From Coniocarpon cinnabarinum (Eukaryota), in NCBI GenBank assembly GCA_051942205.1, contig JAVECO010000108.1, positions 1 through 64,000 of the forward strand: a stretch of 64,000 bases of DNA. Direction: 5' to 3'. Under the pieces are notes generated by a model. The model was not told where the DNA came from, ran no database searches, and was given only the letters and a program-made list of their open reading frames with translations. The number at the start of each line of letters is the position of its first letter. Positions within the stretch are counted from its first letter, which is position 1. Of the stretch, positions 34,530 through 47,345 are shown piece by piece. The position numbers were made by a program, and so were the translations under genes.

Positions 34530-36215
34530 TCAAGGTATCCAATCACCACGCATGTAGTACCGCATCGAAGAGGTACACCCAGGAGGCGGATATATCTTCC
34601 ACCATCCCAAACGTTCAAAAGGTTGCTCCAGAAGCGGAAGCGTCAAAGACAACCAAGCAAGCACCCAAACAAGTCTCAAGACGCGCAGAATCCAGTTGCT
34701 CACAACCGCTTTGACAGTCTTCGAGCGAGGCTTGTATGGATCCACCTTCGCAAGGCCAAGGGCGGAGCCAATTAACCTTTCCAGGATGACGGCACATGCT
34801 TGTACCCAGAAGAAGCCAGCAATCCGCAGTCTCAAACCCATGGCTCCGGGAGCAAATGGAGGTACCAGGCCCATGTGCGTAATGCCAGAGAAGAAGAATC
34901 CACTCACAACTTGTAAGGTATATCTGCAGTTGTAGAGACGCTCACGGCGCACTGTGTCTTCCTCTTCTGCCAGCTTTTGCTCACTTAGGCCCAGATGATC
35001 AGCAACGGCGAGGCCAGGTCCAGATACCATTTCACGCATGTGCTGATGCCACCAGCGGCCCCACAAGCCACCAACACCGTGATCAAGGACGCTGGTGATA
35101 GGGCCGAAATGATCTGGAAGATTCTGCATTGACCAGTTGTCTGGAGGAAGCCCGAACAAGTAATTCGTAAGCACCACAAGAGGAATAAGCTGGTAATACC
35201 CACCGTAGAGCATGCAAAATGTGAAGAGACCGAGCGTCAAAGGTCGAAGCACAAATGCAGGAACAAAATCATGCAACAATGAGACCGTCTGTGGAGGCGG
35301 AACAAAGCTCTTGGACTTGGAGAAGAGCAGCCATCTCGACGTATTCTGCACTGTTGGCGAAAGGGCCGGTATGCCTGGATCATGGATCGCGAGTTGGAAA
35401 ACTAAAGGCAGCACAAGGCATTGCGTAAAGATCGTCACTGGCAGTATAGAAAGGACATAGCGAGTCCGATTCGGGGTCCGTCGAATGTTCTCCAGCTGTC
35501 GAATATCTCTGGCTGCGGCTCCAGTAAGCCATCCGTGGAACCGAGTCGAGACGATCAGGGTCAGCACCCACTTCAGACGGGGAAACACATTGGCTGGGTA
35601 TGGCTGCTCAAGAATGTCCTCTTCGTCAGTCTGCAGGTATCCAGAAAAGTTGCGTCTGCCTTTGGGTGGATCGGCTGGTTGTAAGCCTCGGCTTCCATCA
35701 GCGAACTTGCCATCCAGGGCCCGCTTGTCTTTATCTTTGGTTCTCTTCCGGCTTACATCCTTCGCGGAGTCAGATCCACGATGCGATGCATGGTCGTGGT
35801 CATGGTTATGGACCAGAATGACACGCCTAAAGTCCTTCCTCACATCCTTGAAACCGATCAAAAGCGTGCTCCAGAGCAGTCCGTCCACGGACACAACATC
35901 TACACCGCCCATGACGTACCACGCATGCACAACCGCGGCGTAGATGGGAGGCAGGAAGTACCAGCTCAGCTGTGTGTGAGATAGGACGGAAGGCGGTATC
36001 ATGAGCGCTACCGGCAACAAGACGAAGGGGACGAGATAGCTCAAACTTAATGGACCTGGGATGTACTCTGTGACAAGTTGTATGTATCCATGTTGAAGAT
36101 CATTCCAGGACAAGGTCTGAGCTGTAGCCATACAACTCAGGACTGATTTCTGCCATTCTAGTGGGAGATTCTCAATCATGGATGAGGAAATTGAGGACAT
36201 GGTGTTGTGTCCCAT
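34530..36215 (-). CDS. MBOAT_2 (wax-synthase-like) membrane-bound O-acyltransferase
   Basis: Multiple TM segments; PDHFGPITSV, GLWGRWWHQHMR, SGFFFSGITHMG (catalytic His region), FFWVQACAV. Confidence 0.85.
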   Translation of the reverse strand: MGHNTMSSISSSMIENLPLEWQKSVLSCMATAQTLSWNDLQHGYIQLVTEYIPGPLSLSYLVPFVLLPVALMIPPSVLSHTQLSWYFLPPIYAAVVHAWYVMGGVDVVSVDGLLWSTLLIGFKDVRKDFRRVILVHNHDHDHASHRGSDSAKDVSRKRTKDKDKRALDGKFADGSRGLQPADPPKGRRNFSGYLQTDEEDILEQPYPANVFPRLKWVLTLIVSTRFHGWLTGAAARDIRQLENIRRTPNRTRYVLSILPVTIFTQCLVLPLVFQLAIHDPGIPALSPTVQNTSRWLLFSKSKSFVPPPQTVSLLHDFVPAFVLRPLTLGLFTFCMLYGGYYQLIPLVVLTNYLFGLPPDNWSMQNLPDHFGPITSVLDHGVGGLWGRWWHQHMREMVSGPGLAVADHLGLSEQKLAEEEDTVRRERLYNCRYTLQVVSGFFFSGITHMGLVPPFAPGAMGLRLRIAGFFWVQACAVILERLIGSALGLAKVDPYKPRSKTVKAVVSNWILRVLRLVWVLAWLSLTLPLLEQPFERLGWWKIYPPPGCTSSMRYYMRGDWIP

Positions 36216-36791
36216 CACCAACCTATCATCCTCGTACGTATGACCAGTAGAAGGTCGCGCGTCTCAAGCCTGATTCTTTCACCGACGCGCCCAAGAATCC
36301 CGACGAGGGCCACCGAGGAGTCTCATCTTTGCCCTTTCGCCCGTCCAAACGAACGCCAGAGCAACGAACGATCCATGTACGTGAAGATTGTCTAGGGACC
36401 ATGATGATGCGCATCCAATATTTGAATGGATGCATTTGAGATCCACCGCTAAAAACCCGTGGAGAAATAGTTCATCCGGTCAAGATCCATTACTCGGTTG
36501 ATTCAGATCCGAGGAAGACATCATGCCGTAGTGCGGTCATAGCGCTGCTACACGAAGGGCGGCGATTGCGGAGGATTTTAGCACTATGCGCGTAAAGTCC
36601 ACCAGCGTACGATCGAAGCTGTTAAATCCTGAGGACGACTCAGGAAGTATTCACGTCTACCACATATCAGCTTCGTAACTTGTAGATGAATATATAAAGA
36701 CAGAACGCTTTCCTCACGTTTCCTTTGAGACATTATTTGTTATTTCATAGGAGATTCATATACTAGACATCCATCATCTCAAGCTGTCACC

Positions 36792-37884
36792 ATGACGTCC
36801 GCCCAAAAAACGTCCGTAAATGTCGTCTTCGGCGCCATGACCTTTGGTAAGGAAGGCGTCGAGCAGGTCCGCACGTCCAACCTCAAGGAAGCGGGCGAGA
36901 TCCTCGACGTCTTTCAGAAGCACGGCCATAATGAAATCGACACTTCGCGCTTCTATGGGCAAGGCTCGTCGGAGAAGATGCTTGCAGATCTTGACTGGCG
37001 CAGTCGTGGTATCGTGATGGACACGAAGTTTTATCCCACGGCTGGTAAACCCATGACCGCAGACGATCAGCCAGAGGGCGGTTGGAGTCACTCGCCTGAG
37101 CACATCAAGATCAATGTTCAGAAGAGCCTAGACGCCCTCAAGACCGACAAGCTGGACATGTGGTATCTGCATGGACCAGATCGTACCACCCCGTATGAGG
37201 AGACCTTTCGCGCCATAAATGAGTTGTACCAGAAAGGTTTGTTCCGTCGAGTGGGTATCAGCAACTACCAGGCATGGGAGGTCGCTCAGATCTGTGAGAT
37301 CTGCAACAAGCATGGCTGGGTCAAGCCAAGTGTATACCAAGGGGTATACAACGCTTTGCACCGTTCCGTCGAGCCAGAGCTGTTCCCATGTTTGCGACAT
37401 TACGAAATTGCGTTCTACAATTATAACCCACTTGCTGGCGGTTACTTGACCGATCGATACCATCGCGAGGACACCGACGATAATGTCGAATCAGGCAGCC
37501 GGTTCGATCCAAAACGCTGGTGAGTAATCATTGGAGAATCGCTGCTAAGCAGAGGACCAATTTCGCTTACACCTTTTTAGGCAAGGGAAGATGTACAGAA
37601 TGCGATACTGGAATAATGAATACTTTGACGCATTGGACCTTTTACGACCCGTCGCGGCGAAGCACGGTTTGACCGAGGCCGAATGTGCTCTGCGTTGGAT
37701 GACCAACCACAGCCAATTAAAGTGCGAAAAGGGTGACTCGATTATCATCGGAGCGTCCAGTGCGAAGCAGCTGCAACAAAACCTGGTAGATTTGGAGAAG
37801 AGTCCCCTGCCGGATGATATTGTGAAAGCCTTGGACGCTGGTTGGGAGAAAGTCAGAGGAATCACCATTCGGTACTGGCACTAG
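36792..37884 (+). CDS. Aldo-keto reductase, aflatoxin B1 aldehyde reductase (AKR7) type, 2 exons
   Basis: VFGAMTFG, EIDTSRFYG, WYLHGPDR, GISNYQAWEV, YQGVYNAL, YNPLAGG, IIIGASS; intron 37520-37580; TATATAAA at ~36692. Confidence 0.92.
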
Positions 37885-38030
37885 ATAGATCGTGTTGCTG
37901 ATATCGCGTCGCGTAAAGTCGCTAAGAAAAAAAAACCAATGATCGCTTCCGGGTATCTCAAACTGTTTCCAACTTTTACAAGAGCATGCTCGAACGTTTT
38001 TCAGCCTCCATGCTGAGCAAGGTGAATAGA

Positions 38031-39603
38031 TCAAGGTGTCCCAACAAAGCCACTGAAGAACCCTTGAATCGAAGCGCCAATGTCTCCCGCATCATCAGGC
38101 AAGACGTAGAAGGCAATGGCAATGATGAAGTACATGCCGATGCACATAGCTCCCTCCAGGTAGTTGCTGTAGCCATCTTGGATCAGGTAATTCACCACCA
38201 AAACACTCAAAAAGAAGACAACCGTCTCGAACCCTTTGAATTGCAGGGTCATGTCGCGGTCCATGGCCCATCCAAGAATAACAAGGAACGGCGTAACAAA
38301 CAATGCAATCTGCATGCTGCTTCCCACAGCAACACCCAATGCAAGATCCATTTTGTTCTTCCAAGAGACGACAACAGCTGTAACGTGTTCGGCGGCGTTC
38401 CCAACAATAGGGATCAGTATCAATCCAACAAAGGTCTTCGAAATGCCAGTGCGCTCAACGATCGCATCTATGCTGTCGACCAAATAGTCGGCGCATATCG
38501 CAACGCCTATCGTAATGATAACAAGAGCGATAGCTGCCGGCACAGGCGGCAATATTTCCCCTTCTTGCCGCTCCCCTTCGTCTTCGTCTTCGTCATTTTG
38601 CTGTGGCTCACTGTCGAAGAGCTCTTTATGCGATTTCAGCTGGAAATATAGGTATAGAATGTAAAGACCAAGTATGATCAGAGCTGTTCCGCGCGACAAT
38701 AACAGTATTTTGGATTCAGCCTGCTCCCTTTGCTTCGGCGTGGAAGTCTGAAGAGCTGCGTAGAGAGTAGCTGGAATAATTAGAGAAACAGATGCAACAG
38801 CCATGAGAGATGACATTGTGGAGGCAACCGTGAGATTGAATTGGGAGTATTCGCGTCGGAGTCCACTGGAGATGAAACAGCATCCGAGGACCTACACTGT
38901 CGTTAGCCGCAGGCAAGGCGCTCCCCAGTCATGTTCTATTCACCAAAAGAATATTTGAAAGAATGCTTCCGAGCATGCTGGACTGAACAATTCGGATCTG
39001 ATTGTCACGCAGAGCTATTATGCTCACAATAAGTTCGACAGCATTGCCAAACGTCGCATTCATCAGACCTCCGACAGTCTGACCGAGTTTCGCGCTGAGC
39101 TCTTCTGTCGCGAAACTGAGTAGAGCTGCAAGAGGAATAATTGCGAGAAAGTTCAGTATGAAAACGGTGACCGGGTCCTTGTGCAGAGCGCCGAAGATGA
39201 TGCCCAGTGGAACGAAGATGAGCAACCAGTTGGCATGATTGCTCTTCAACACCTCCATCGTCTTTTCGTATATTGTGCCGAATAGTGAATGCGACTGCTC
39301 CGCATTATTCCGGTCACTTCCTAATAAAGGCTGATTCTCATGAGCGGTAGATAGGATGCCAGGCGCGTCGCCGTTGGGCGCAGCTCCAGACTGCGCCGAG
39401 GAGATGCGTGACATCTTGCTGCGCTGGCTGTCGGAGCGAAGAAGGTCATGCATCTTTCCTTTGTAATTGAGCACTGTTGGGGTTCATGTATATTAGTGAG
39501 AGCCAAGACATGGGGGAGGCGCAGTCAAAGCACAAGGAGTCATGGAACCTTGACATGAAGCTTGCGTTTCTGCGGAGGACGGAGCTGGTATAGACGTACC
39601 CAT
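38031..39603 (-). CDS. VCX1: Vacuolar Ca2+/H+ exchanger (CAX family), 3 exons
   Basis: [68 protein letters not shown]; 4-nt first coding exon ATGG; introns 39474-39599 and ~38892-38941. Confidence 0.93.
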
Positions 39604-40699
39604 GATGGCGGCCGAGGGTGGTCGTGGGGACGGCGCACAATCTTGACCCAGCTTTAGAGGAGACGAGGGCGCAGAAAGCGTCAGTCGAGGCGAGCAGGCT
39701 GGGTATAGATGAAGAAACAGACCCAGCCAGGAGACCTTGGCAGCGAGGGACAGGATCAGTGGAGGAGATGTGACGATGTGAGAGGCTAAGTGTCACTGCC
39801 AAGCAGAAAAAGCGGGACCCCCGGATGAGCGTCTCCAGCGTCTCCAGCACCCCACAAGTACTGTGACATCTGCTACATCAGTGCTCAAGGTTCATCTGGC
39901 CTGCACAGGGTGAAGAATCGTCAATTGTCGACGAGATGTCAACTCAACAATATAGGGAGAGAACTTTTCCAAGAATTCCCGTGGTCCTTCCAGTATGCTG
40001 TGGCGAATAGTTGGGTACCATTTAAGGTTAGGCCGGTACCTGATCGGGAGCCATGACTCGAGGAACGAAGGATTCTTGGTACACCGCATCGAAGATGGAA
40101 CTATCCTCTTGGCAGACCCGACACCTCTGTTCTAGACTTGACCTGTCGTGCCTGTCTTTGACAAACACTTCATGTGTCCTGAGAACGCTCTCCGGAGCGA
40201 GCCTGGCGAGTCTGTATTGCCGTCCAGCGAATATCTGATTACAAATGACGTTAGGTCTGTCGGGCGTCATATCCGCACATATGTCCGACCGCCCCTGCCC
40301 TGCTGCAAGTGTCCGTCCGTCAGTCAATCCGTCCTGAAAAGCCCCTTCTCTACTTTCACGTATACGCTCAGTATCAACGCGCCCTTCGAAACGGCTCATT
40401 ACAAGGCTCAGCCGTGTTTACAAAGCATATCACGACGCGGCTGCGTCAGACAGCCGGCAGGATAATCCGCGGCAAAACTTGTTGTAGTCTCCCTGAAGAT
40501 ATATCGCCTAATTGCTGACAAAGGCCGGGATCAACGCAAGTTGAAATAGAAACCTACTTGACGGCTCAGCTATAAAAAAGCCCATAGAACAGCTTTTCTA
40601 TCGTTTCCGTAATCAAAAGAGCAGAACAGAGCATTCTTCTATAGAGTCTTACTTGAGTAGCATTTTCTTGTCTGCTTGGTTCATCCATCCCCATCCACA

Positions 40700-41520
40700 A
40701 TGACGGTCACCATTGCTTCTGATATCTCCTCCGTGCAACACACTTTGCCAAGCGAGCTGCAGTCACGCAGCTTCCTTGAAGCATTGACAGCGCGGAGAAG
40801 CATCAATGCCATATCCCCAGCTTCCAAGATATCTGATGAGAGCATCATTGCGATCGTGAGGCATGCACTCCTGCACGTTCCTGGCGCTTTCAATGCGCAA
40901 ACTTGTCGGTGTCTAGTGCTCCTCGGTAGTGAAGCCCAGAACTTCTGGGACAACATTGGAGAGTCGATCAGATCGTCCAATGGCGAAGAAGCCTGGAATG
41001 GTTTCTTTGCTGCGAAAATCGCCGAATACAGGTGTGCCCAACACTCCCTGTCATTTCTTGGCTGAAGTAAATGTTCGATCGTGACTAATTTTTCTCATTA
41101 GGAGAGGCTATGGCACAGTCGCTTTCTTCGACGATGTTGCAGCGTGGGATCAAGTCTCCAAGACAATGAATCCCAAGAGGTGGGCTGGCATGAAGGACAT
41201 CGTTCCACAGTGGGAGGAACACTCTGCCGGAATGCATCATTACGCGGGTAAGGAAGACACGTCTCAAAGACCGTTTATCAAGTCAACGTTCACTAATACG
41301 GTGGGCAGTCTGGACGGCTTTGAGCCTAGAGGGTTTCGGGTGTAACTTGCAGCATTACACAGATCCAGACACAGAGGCCATGTTCAAGGATAAATATAAT
41401 CTGCCGAGTACGTGGAAAGCTAAATCTCAATTGGTCTTTGGAGAACCGACGGGGCCTCCCAGGCAAGTCAAGACGTTCAATCCGGTCGATGGAGGGAGGA
41501 TGTTAATTCGGAGACCCTGA
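40700..41520 (+). CDS. Nitroreductase-like protein (Hbn1/Frm2 family), 3 exons
   Basis: LTARRSINA, HVPGAFNAQTCR, GYGTVAFFDD, QWEEHSAGMHH, LEGFGCNLQHY, WKAKSQLVFG. Confidence 0.88.
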
Positions 41521-41943
41521 TTGTCCATATTTGACCTAATAGAGAATTGTTGTCTCTTGACCTTTCATTGCCCCATTAGAGGAAAGGAAAGAAGGCCCTC
41601 GTAGGATAGTGCTAGCCGCCCTGCAATTCATCGTCTTGTCACTGACAAAGGGCTGTCGCTACTGTACTAACCGGTTTGTGACCTGAATGTTCTTATCGTA
41701 TTGGCTTGTGTCTAGATTTCGACGGCGAATTTCGTCCTTGTCGTTAACAATTTCCTACCCTGCCTATCATGTCCTCGATAGACTGTCTGGGCAAGTCTAA
41801 ACGAGTTTCACGCGAAAAATTGACTACGTCTAACACTCGCTCATAACATTTTTGACGCGCAGCTGTCCGTCCGACACTGCTTTATGTGACTTTGAGCACC
41901 TCGCTAGAGTCCGCGTATTGTGTTCTGGACATGCCTGGTGGAT

Positions 41944-44850
41944 ATGGACATTCATCGTTGCCGTTTCATCGACTTTGCACCCTCCGCTATCAACACGATC
42001 GCCATTTCACCTCACCAAGATCAACCTCAGAAGGGAGAGCAACCTCAGTTGGCAGTCGGACGTGCGAACGGTGACATAGAATTATGGAATCCGTTGAATG
42101 GCCTGTGGTGTCAAGAGTCGATCTTCTGTGGCGGCAAAAATCGCAGCATTGAAGGCCTGGCATGGATCCAGTCCCCAAACCCGGAGGAGCCCGCATTACC
42201 TCCTAAGCCGCGACTCTTCAGTATTGGGTGCTCCAGCGCAGTCACAGAGTGGAATGTGGCCACCGGTCTACCTGTTCGACAGTCTTCGGGGAACCTCAGC
42301 GAAATTTGGTGTATTGCAACGCAACCTCCGTACAAACCTTCCAAAGGATGGCCAGATACCGCTGAAGCTGGTGATAGTGACAAGCAACATCAGAGGCTCG
42401 CTGTAGGTTGCGCCGACGGCAGTGTCGCGTTGCTGTCAACCAAAGACGACCAGCTCGATTTTGAACGATATATCGCAAGAGTCTCAGAGAAGAAAGCGCG
42501 AGCACTCTGCATGATCTGGAAGTCTCGAAATGTGCTGGCCATTGGATATGCAGACTCATCTATAAGAGTATACAGCATTTCGTCAAAAAGAAAAGATCCT
42601 CTGGTCCGAACAATCTCCTTGGGTGGCGGGCCTCGAGGCGCGCGTGCTGAGAAGCTTGTCTGGGCGCTAGGCTGTCTCCCTGATGGCACTCTGGTGTCTG
42701 GTGATTCGACCGGAGAGATATGTTGGTGGGATAGAGAGAACTATGGGTTACTACAAAAGATTCAGGCTCATGAAGCAGACGTTTTATGTCTAGCCACAAG
42801 TAAAGACGGAAGGACCATCTTCAGCGGTGGCATAGACCGAAAAACCGTCATCTATACCTTGAGCGAACATCACACTCCTTCAAGAAGGCGTTGGGCCGTA
42901 TCGTCACACAAGCGGATACATACGCATGATGTCAAAGCTATGGCAAGCTTGGAAAGTAACAATATCAGCGTTGTCACATCTGGCGGTCCAGATGCACATC
43001 TGACAATCATGCCATTGGCCAAACATCAAGAGGAGTACCACCGCAAGATTCCCTTCGTACCACAAAAGCCGCCTATCGTGGGAGCTCGGAGACTTGTTCT
43101 CAATTGGAGTGCCAACGAATTGTCCATCTGGCGAGTGCGATCAAGGCATCAATTAGGGCTTTCAGAATCGGGAGCGAATGATCATGCAGGCTTTGAGCTT
43201 GCCGCACGGATGGGTCTCAAGGGTGAAGAAAACATTGCATGCGCTTGTCTGTCGAGCGACGGTAAGCTATTGGCTGTGTCAACAAGTGCCGAAACGAAGC
43301 TGTTTCAAATACGACACAAACGTGCGGACCAACAAAGGTCTGTCAAGATCGCAAAACTGCCAATCCCTGACCGTCTTTCGCGGTCCGGTGCCCGCCTGTT
43401 ATCTTTCTCGCCTGACAAGCAATGGCTACTGATTGTGGGTGATTCAAATAAGCCTGTAATGTACAAAGTCGACAAGGGTCTCATGTCAAGCAGAGAAATC
43501 ACGCTCAAACGACTACAGCGCCCTACTCAAGAAAGGCCCTGGTCGGCTTACAGTCGTCGCATTGCCTGTGTAGCCTTCAGTGTTCAGAGTACAATGCTTG
43601 CTACAGCGGATCTTGCGGGTCATATTGATGTCTGGCAGCTGCAAGAACATGCGGCTCGATCGCGAGGTGTGAATGAAGGAGACAGCAGCTCTTCCTCAAG
43701 CAATGATTCCAATGCGGACGCTCAAACATCGGTAGGCTTCGCGTCAGCCAATGCTGATCGATCATGGCGACACACGCCTGCAGAGGATAGCCCTCCTCAG
43801 CTTCCATCAGGTGCAACAACGCTCTCGTTCAGCCCGTCTGCTCACATGCATAGTTCAAAGGCGCCTTCATCAAGAACTGAGAACGGTAGACATGATAATG
43901 ACCCTGGTAAACTCGTGGACAACGACACACTGGTTGTGATCACCAACACCAACGAAATTTTCGAGTATTCAGCTCTGGGAGGACGACTAACACCCTGGTC
44001 GCGACGAAACCCCCCAAGTGCACTTCCGCCACGCCTCCAGGTACAGAGAGATCGTGCTATAGGCTGCTTCTGGGACGCTGGGATGGAATCGGCGGGTCCT
44101 AGAAAACGATTATGGGTTTACGGAGCAAACTGGCTGTGCATGATTGACATGACTCAGGATTTACCTTTGGTCGATGATGCAGTGGGCCAGCAAATTGACA
44201 CGGCAGAGCCCTCGAAACAGAACAAGCGAAAGAGGAAGCGAGAAAGGCACGCAGTGGAAGAGCACCGCGCCAGACACCGATCAAGTGGGGCTGGCTGTAA
44301 GGTAAAGGCTGGCGAGGGCACGGAATCAGTAGTCAAAGTCGCAAGTGATGGCGCTGAGACCTCAACACCAGCAGTGTCTCGGACGGTCACGCATAGACAG
44401 AGCATGGCAGACGAGAACCAATCAGACGAAGCAGCCGAAGAAGAGGTTGAAGAAGATGGCGCTGTTACTGCCCTGATGAAGGAGAGACGCTCGCTGGGCG
44501 CTCAGCCCAAAGACGCGCGTACGGATGGAGACAATGAGCTCATTCAAGATGGCGACACCGACACAGGCAGCAATGGCCCAAAAACGGTCGACAGCAGGCG
44601 TGATCTAACTCTGAGGACAGACCCGCGCACACCTTCATATTACCTGACCACTAAATATCGACCTATCCTCAGTATCTTCCCACTGGCTGGAGGAGACGAC
44701 GACGACGAGGAGAAGAAAGCCCAAGGGGGACTTGTCAATGGCGACAGCGAGGATGCAGGCCCAAAGCGGATGGTGGAAGTGGCGCTTGTGGAAGTTCCAG
44801 AACCAGAGGCGAATTTGCGGGGCAGATCTGGTGGTGGTAGAGGGGCATGA
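41944..44850 (+). CDS. UTP4: U3 snoRNP / t-UTP WD40 protein Utp4
   Basis: MDIHRCRFIDFAPSAI start, LAVGRANGDIELWNP, RSIEGLAW, VSGDSTG, HTHDVKAM, C-terminal KYRPIL; intronless. Confidence 0.93.
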   Translation: MDIHRCRFIDFAPSAINTIAISPHQDQPQKGEQPQLAVGRANGDIELWNPLNGLWCQESIFCGGKNRSIEGLAWIQSPNPEEPALPPKPRLFSIGCSSAVTEWNVATGLPVRQSSGNLSEIWCIATQPPYKPSKGWPDTAEAGDSDKQHQRLAVGCADGSVALLSTKDDQLDFERYIARVSEKKARALCMIWKSRNVLAIGYADSSIRVYSISSKRKDPLVRTISLGGGPRGARAEKLVWALGCLPDGTLVSGDSTGEICWWDRENYGLLQKIQAHEADVLCLATSKDGRTIFSGGIDRKTVIYTLSEHHTPSRRRWAVSSHKRIHTHDVKAMASLESNNISVVTSGGPDAHLTIMPLAKHQEEYHRKIPFVPQKPPIVGARRLVLNWSANELSIWRVRSRHQLGLSESGANDHAGFELAARMGLKGEENIACACLSSDGKLLAVSTSAETKLFQIRHKRADQQRSVKIAKLPIPDRLSRSGARLLSFSPDKQWLLIVGDSNKPVMYKVDKGLMSSREITLKRLQRPTQERPWSAYSRRIACVAFSVQSTMLATADLAGHIDVWQLQEHAARSRGVNEGDSSSSSSNDSNADAQTSVGFASANADRSWRHTPAEDSPPQLPSGATTLSFSPSAHMHSSKAPSSRTENGRHDNDPGKLVDNDTLVVITNTNEIFEYSALGGRLTPWSRRNPPSALPPRLQVQRDRAIGCFWDAGMESAGPRKRLWVYGANWLCMIDMTQDLPLVDDAVGQQIDTAEPSKQNKRKRKRERHAVEEHRARHRSSGAGCKVKAGEGTESVVKVASDGAETSTPAVSRTVTHRQSMADENQSDEAAEEEVEEDGAVTALMKERRSLGAQPKDARTDGDNELIQDGDTDTGSNGPKTVDSRRDLTLRTDPRTPSYYLTTKYRPILSIFPLAGGDDDDEEKKAQGGLVNGDSEDAGPKRMVEVALVEVPEPEANLRGRSGGGRGA

Positions 44851-45460
44851 CGAGCGATTTTTGTAAATAGGAACAGGGCTGTGATACGACAGGAGGGCGA
44901 TGGGTCTGGGCATGACACGCACACTCCCCGCTGGGCTGTTCGAGCTGGCCAATCAGCGGTGGCTCAGGGAACAAGCTGTCATCCTTGGAAGCGCGTGGCG
45001 CCTGAAATCTCAGGTTTGCTCCATCATGCGCGGGCCGACAGGGGTTTCTCTGGCAACACGCTGCAGACGCATGGCAACGTGCGTGGTTGCTCTATAAGAC
45101 TCAAGTCGTCGAGCACTGCATTTGACAGACACTTGGAGTGCCTGCATCCTGCGCTGTTGTCTGGCACTCGAAAGACCCGCCATCTACTACTCCGTAGACG
45201 CTGTCGTCGCGGCTGCTGAGGAGCATCGCGCGTCACATCAGAAATCGCTAGCGCGGCGCCCGGCCTGAAACGCCGAGCGGCAGCCCGCCAAACCCTCTAA
45301 CCCTCTACCCCTAACTGCCACTCAACCTCCTGTTACCTCACAGGCGAGCCCCTGCCCAGCTAGCCCTGCGGCGAGCCCCTGAGTCCTGACCCTCGACGGC
45401 GCCGCGTCCATCGCAATCCCGCCAAGCCAGCACTCTCATCTCCTGGCCTCTCCACCGATT

Positions 45461-45520
45461 TTCTCTCTCTCCCTCCCTCCTCCCTCCTCCCTCCTGATCT
45501 CTCTTCTTTCTCTTCCTCCA
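45461..45520 (+). repeat. Polypyrimidine (CT/CCTC) low-complexity tract in the GH72 gene promoter/leader
   Basis: Direct reading: ttctctctctccctccctcctccctcctcc... Confidence 0.7.
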
Positions 45521-45789
45521 TTCAATCTTCTCGTCTCCCATCTTTGCATCGCACATTCGCTCACCTTTTTTTCTTTCTGCAGGGACCTCCGTTCTGCCCC
45601 AGTCGCGCATTCTTCTTTCAGCCACTTTTCATCCATCCGTTGGCTCCTGCCGGTCAAAGCAGGCCACCACACTCCTTATCTGCACACGATTACATCTACG
45701 ACCCCATCCTCTCTCCATCTGAGCGACTATCATCACATACCACTCTATAATATTTACACCGGCTCCTGAGGCTCGCACTAATACACAAA

Positions 45790-47345
45790 ATGCGCTTTGT
45801 GAGTACTCACTCCCGTGTCTGGCTACCATCAAGTGTCCTTTTTTCCTGACTTGAATGCCCCAGTCTGCCGGTACCGCAGCTATTGCGGGCGCTGCCCTCG
45901 CAACAACTGCCAATGCTGTCAACCCAGTCATCATTCAAAATCAGGAGTTCGTGGATGCCATCACACAAGACCGATTTGACGTGATCGGTATCGACTACCA
46001 GCCTGGTGGTTCGTCTGGTTTCACTGGCAATGGCGACCCTTTGTCTGACGCGGACGCTTGTCTGCGAGATGCCGCCCTGATGCAACAGTTGGGCATCAAC
46101 ACCATCCGCGTGTACAACTTGGACCCGACTGCGGACCACGACCAGTGTGTGTCCATCTTCAACTCGGTTGGCATCTACATGATTCTCGATGTCAACTCTC
46201 CGTTTGATGGTGGCAGCATCAACGCCGATGAGCCAGGACCATCATACGACACCGAATACGTCAACCGCACATTCTTGATGATTGATGCGTTCCGAGAGTA
46301 CCCGAATTTGATTGGGTTCTTCGGCGCCAACGAACTCATCAACAATGACAAGAATGCAGGACCTAACCCACCGTACATCCGAGTAAGTTGATCTCGGAAT
46401 CCCACCATCATCATAATTCACGAGCTGGTGCTAATGTATATAATTAAGGCTGTGCAGCGCGACATGAAGCAATACATGAGCGCACGTGGTGGCCGTCCGC
46501 TTTACGTTGGTTACTCTGCTGCTCAAGTTCAGGACGTTCTCGTTTCGACCTCGAACTACCTCCAGTGTGCCGCCCCTGGCGAGAATGACGACAACGACTC
46601 GCGATCGGACTACTTTGCCCTGAATTCGTACTCTTGGTGTGGCCAGTCCAACTTCCAAAAGGCTCAGTACAACCTGCTGGTTGACTGGTTCTCCAACTCT
46701 ACGATCCCCATCTTCTTCTCCGAATACGGCTGCAACAAGGTCCAGCCCCGTGCTTTCACCGAGATTCCTGTCATCTACGGCGAACAGATGCAGTCCTTCT
46801 CTGGCGGTCTAGTCTACCAGTGGACCCAGGACGAGAACAACTATGGTATCGTTCAAGTCAACAAGGACGGTTCGGTCAAATTGCTCGAGGACTACGACAC
46901 CCTCAAGACCCAATTCGGCAAGATCGACAAGCAGGTTGTGACTACCAAGAACCAGTCTGCCACCAGCCTCCAGCCAGCACCTTGCGACGCCGGATTGATC
47001 TCTGGCAGCACATTCAACACCAGCTGGGACTTGCCTGCTCAACCAAGCGGTGTGCAATCACTTATCAAGAACGGTGTCGGTGGTCGTGTCGGTCAGATCC
47101 AGTCCGTCACTCAGAACTCTGTCCAAGCGGCAGTCACTGGCACCAACGGCCAAACTCTCTCCAACCTTGCCATCAACCAAGTCAGCGCCACAAACCCTCA
47201 GATCCCCGACAATGTCGGCTCATCTGGCGGCTCCAAGGGTGGCAAGAGCAGCTCGGGCGCGGCTGTGCCTGGTCTGCAGATCCCAGAGTTCGGCATGGCT
47301 CTGAGCACCCTCGTTGCTGTGTTGGCTTTCGCCGGCCTTTACTAA
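45790..47345 (+). CDS. GPI-anchored beta-1,3-glucanosyltransferase (GH72, Gas/Gel family), 3 exons
   Basis: MRF|SAGTAAIAG signal; GIDYQPGG, CLRDAALMQQLGINTIRVY, FFGANE (acid/base), NSYSWCG, PIFFSEYGCN (nucleophile), hydrophobic GPI tail; no Cys-box. Confidence 0.94.

Noticed and set aside
39892..40518. Cluster of short ORFs between VCX1 and the nitroreductase
   Set aside because: Overlapping on both strands with no recognisable motifs; fits a divergent promoter region.
34530..41520. Secondary-metabolite cluster (MBOAT, AKR7, transporter, nitroreductase)
   Set aside because: No PKS, NRPS, terpene synthase or pathway regulator in the window; the genes are interspersed with housekeeping loci.
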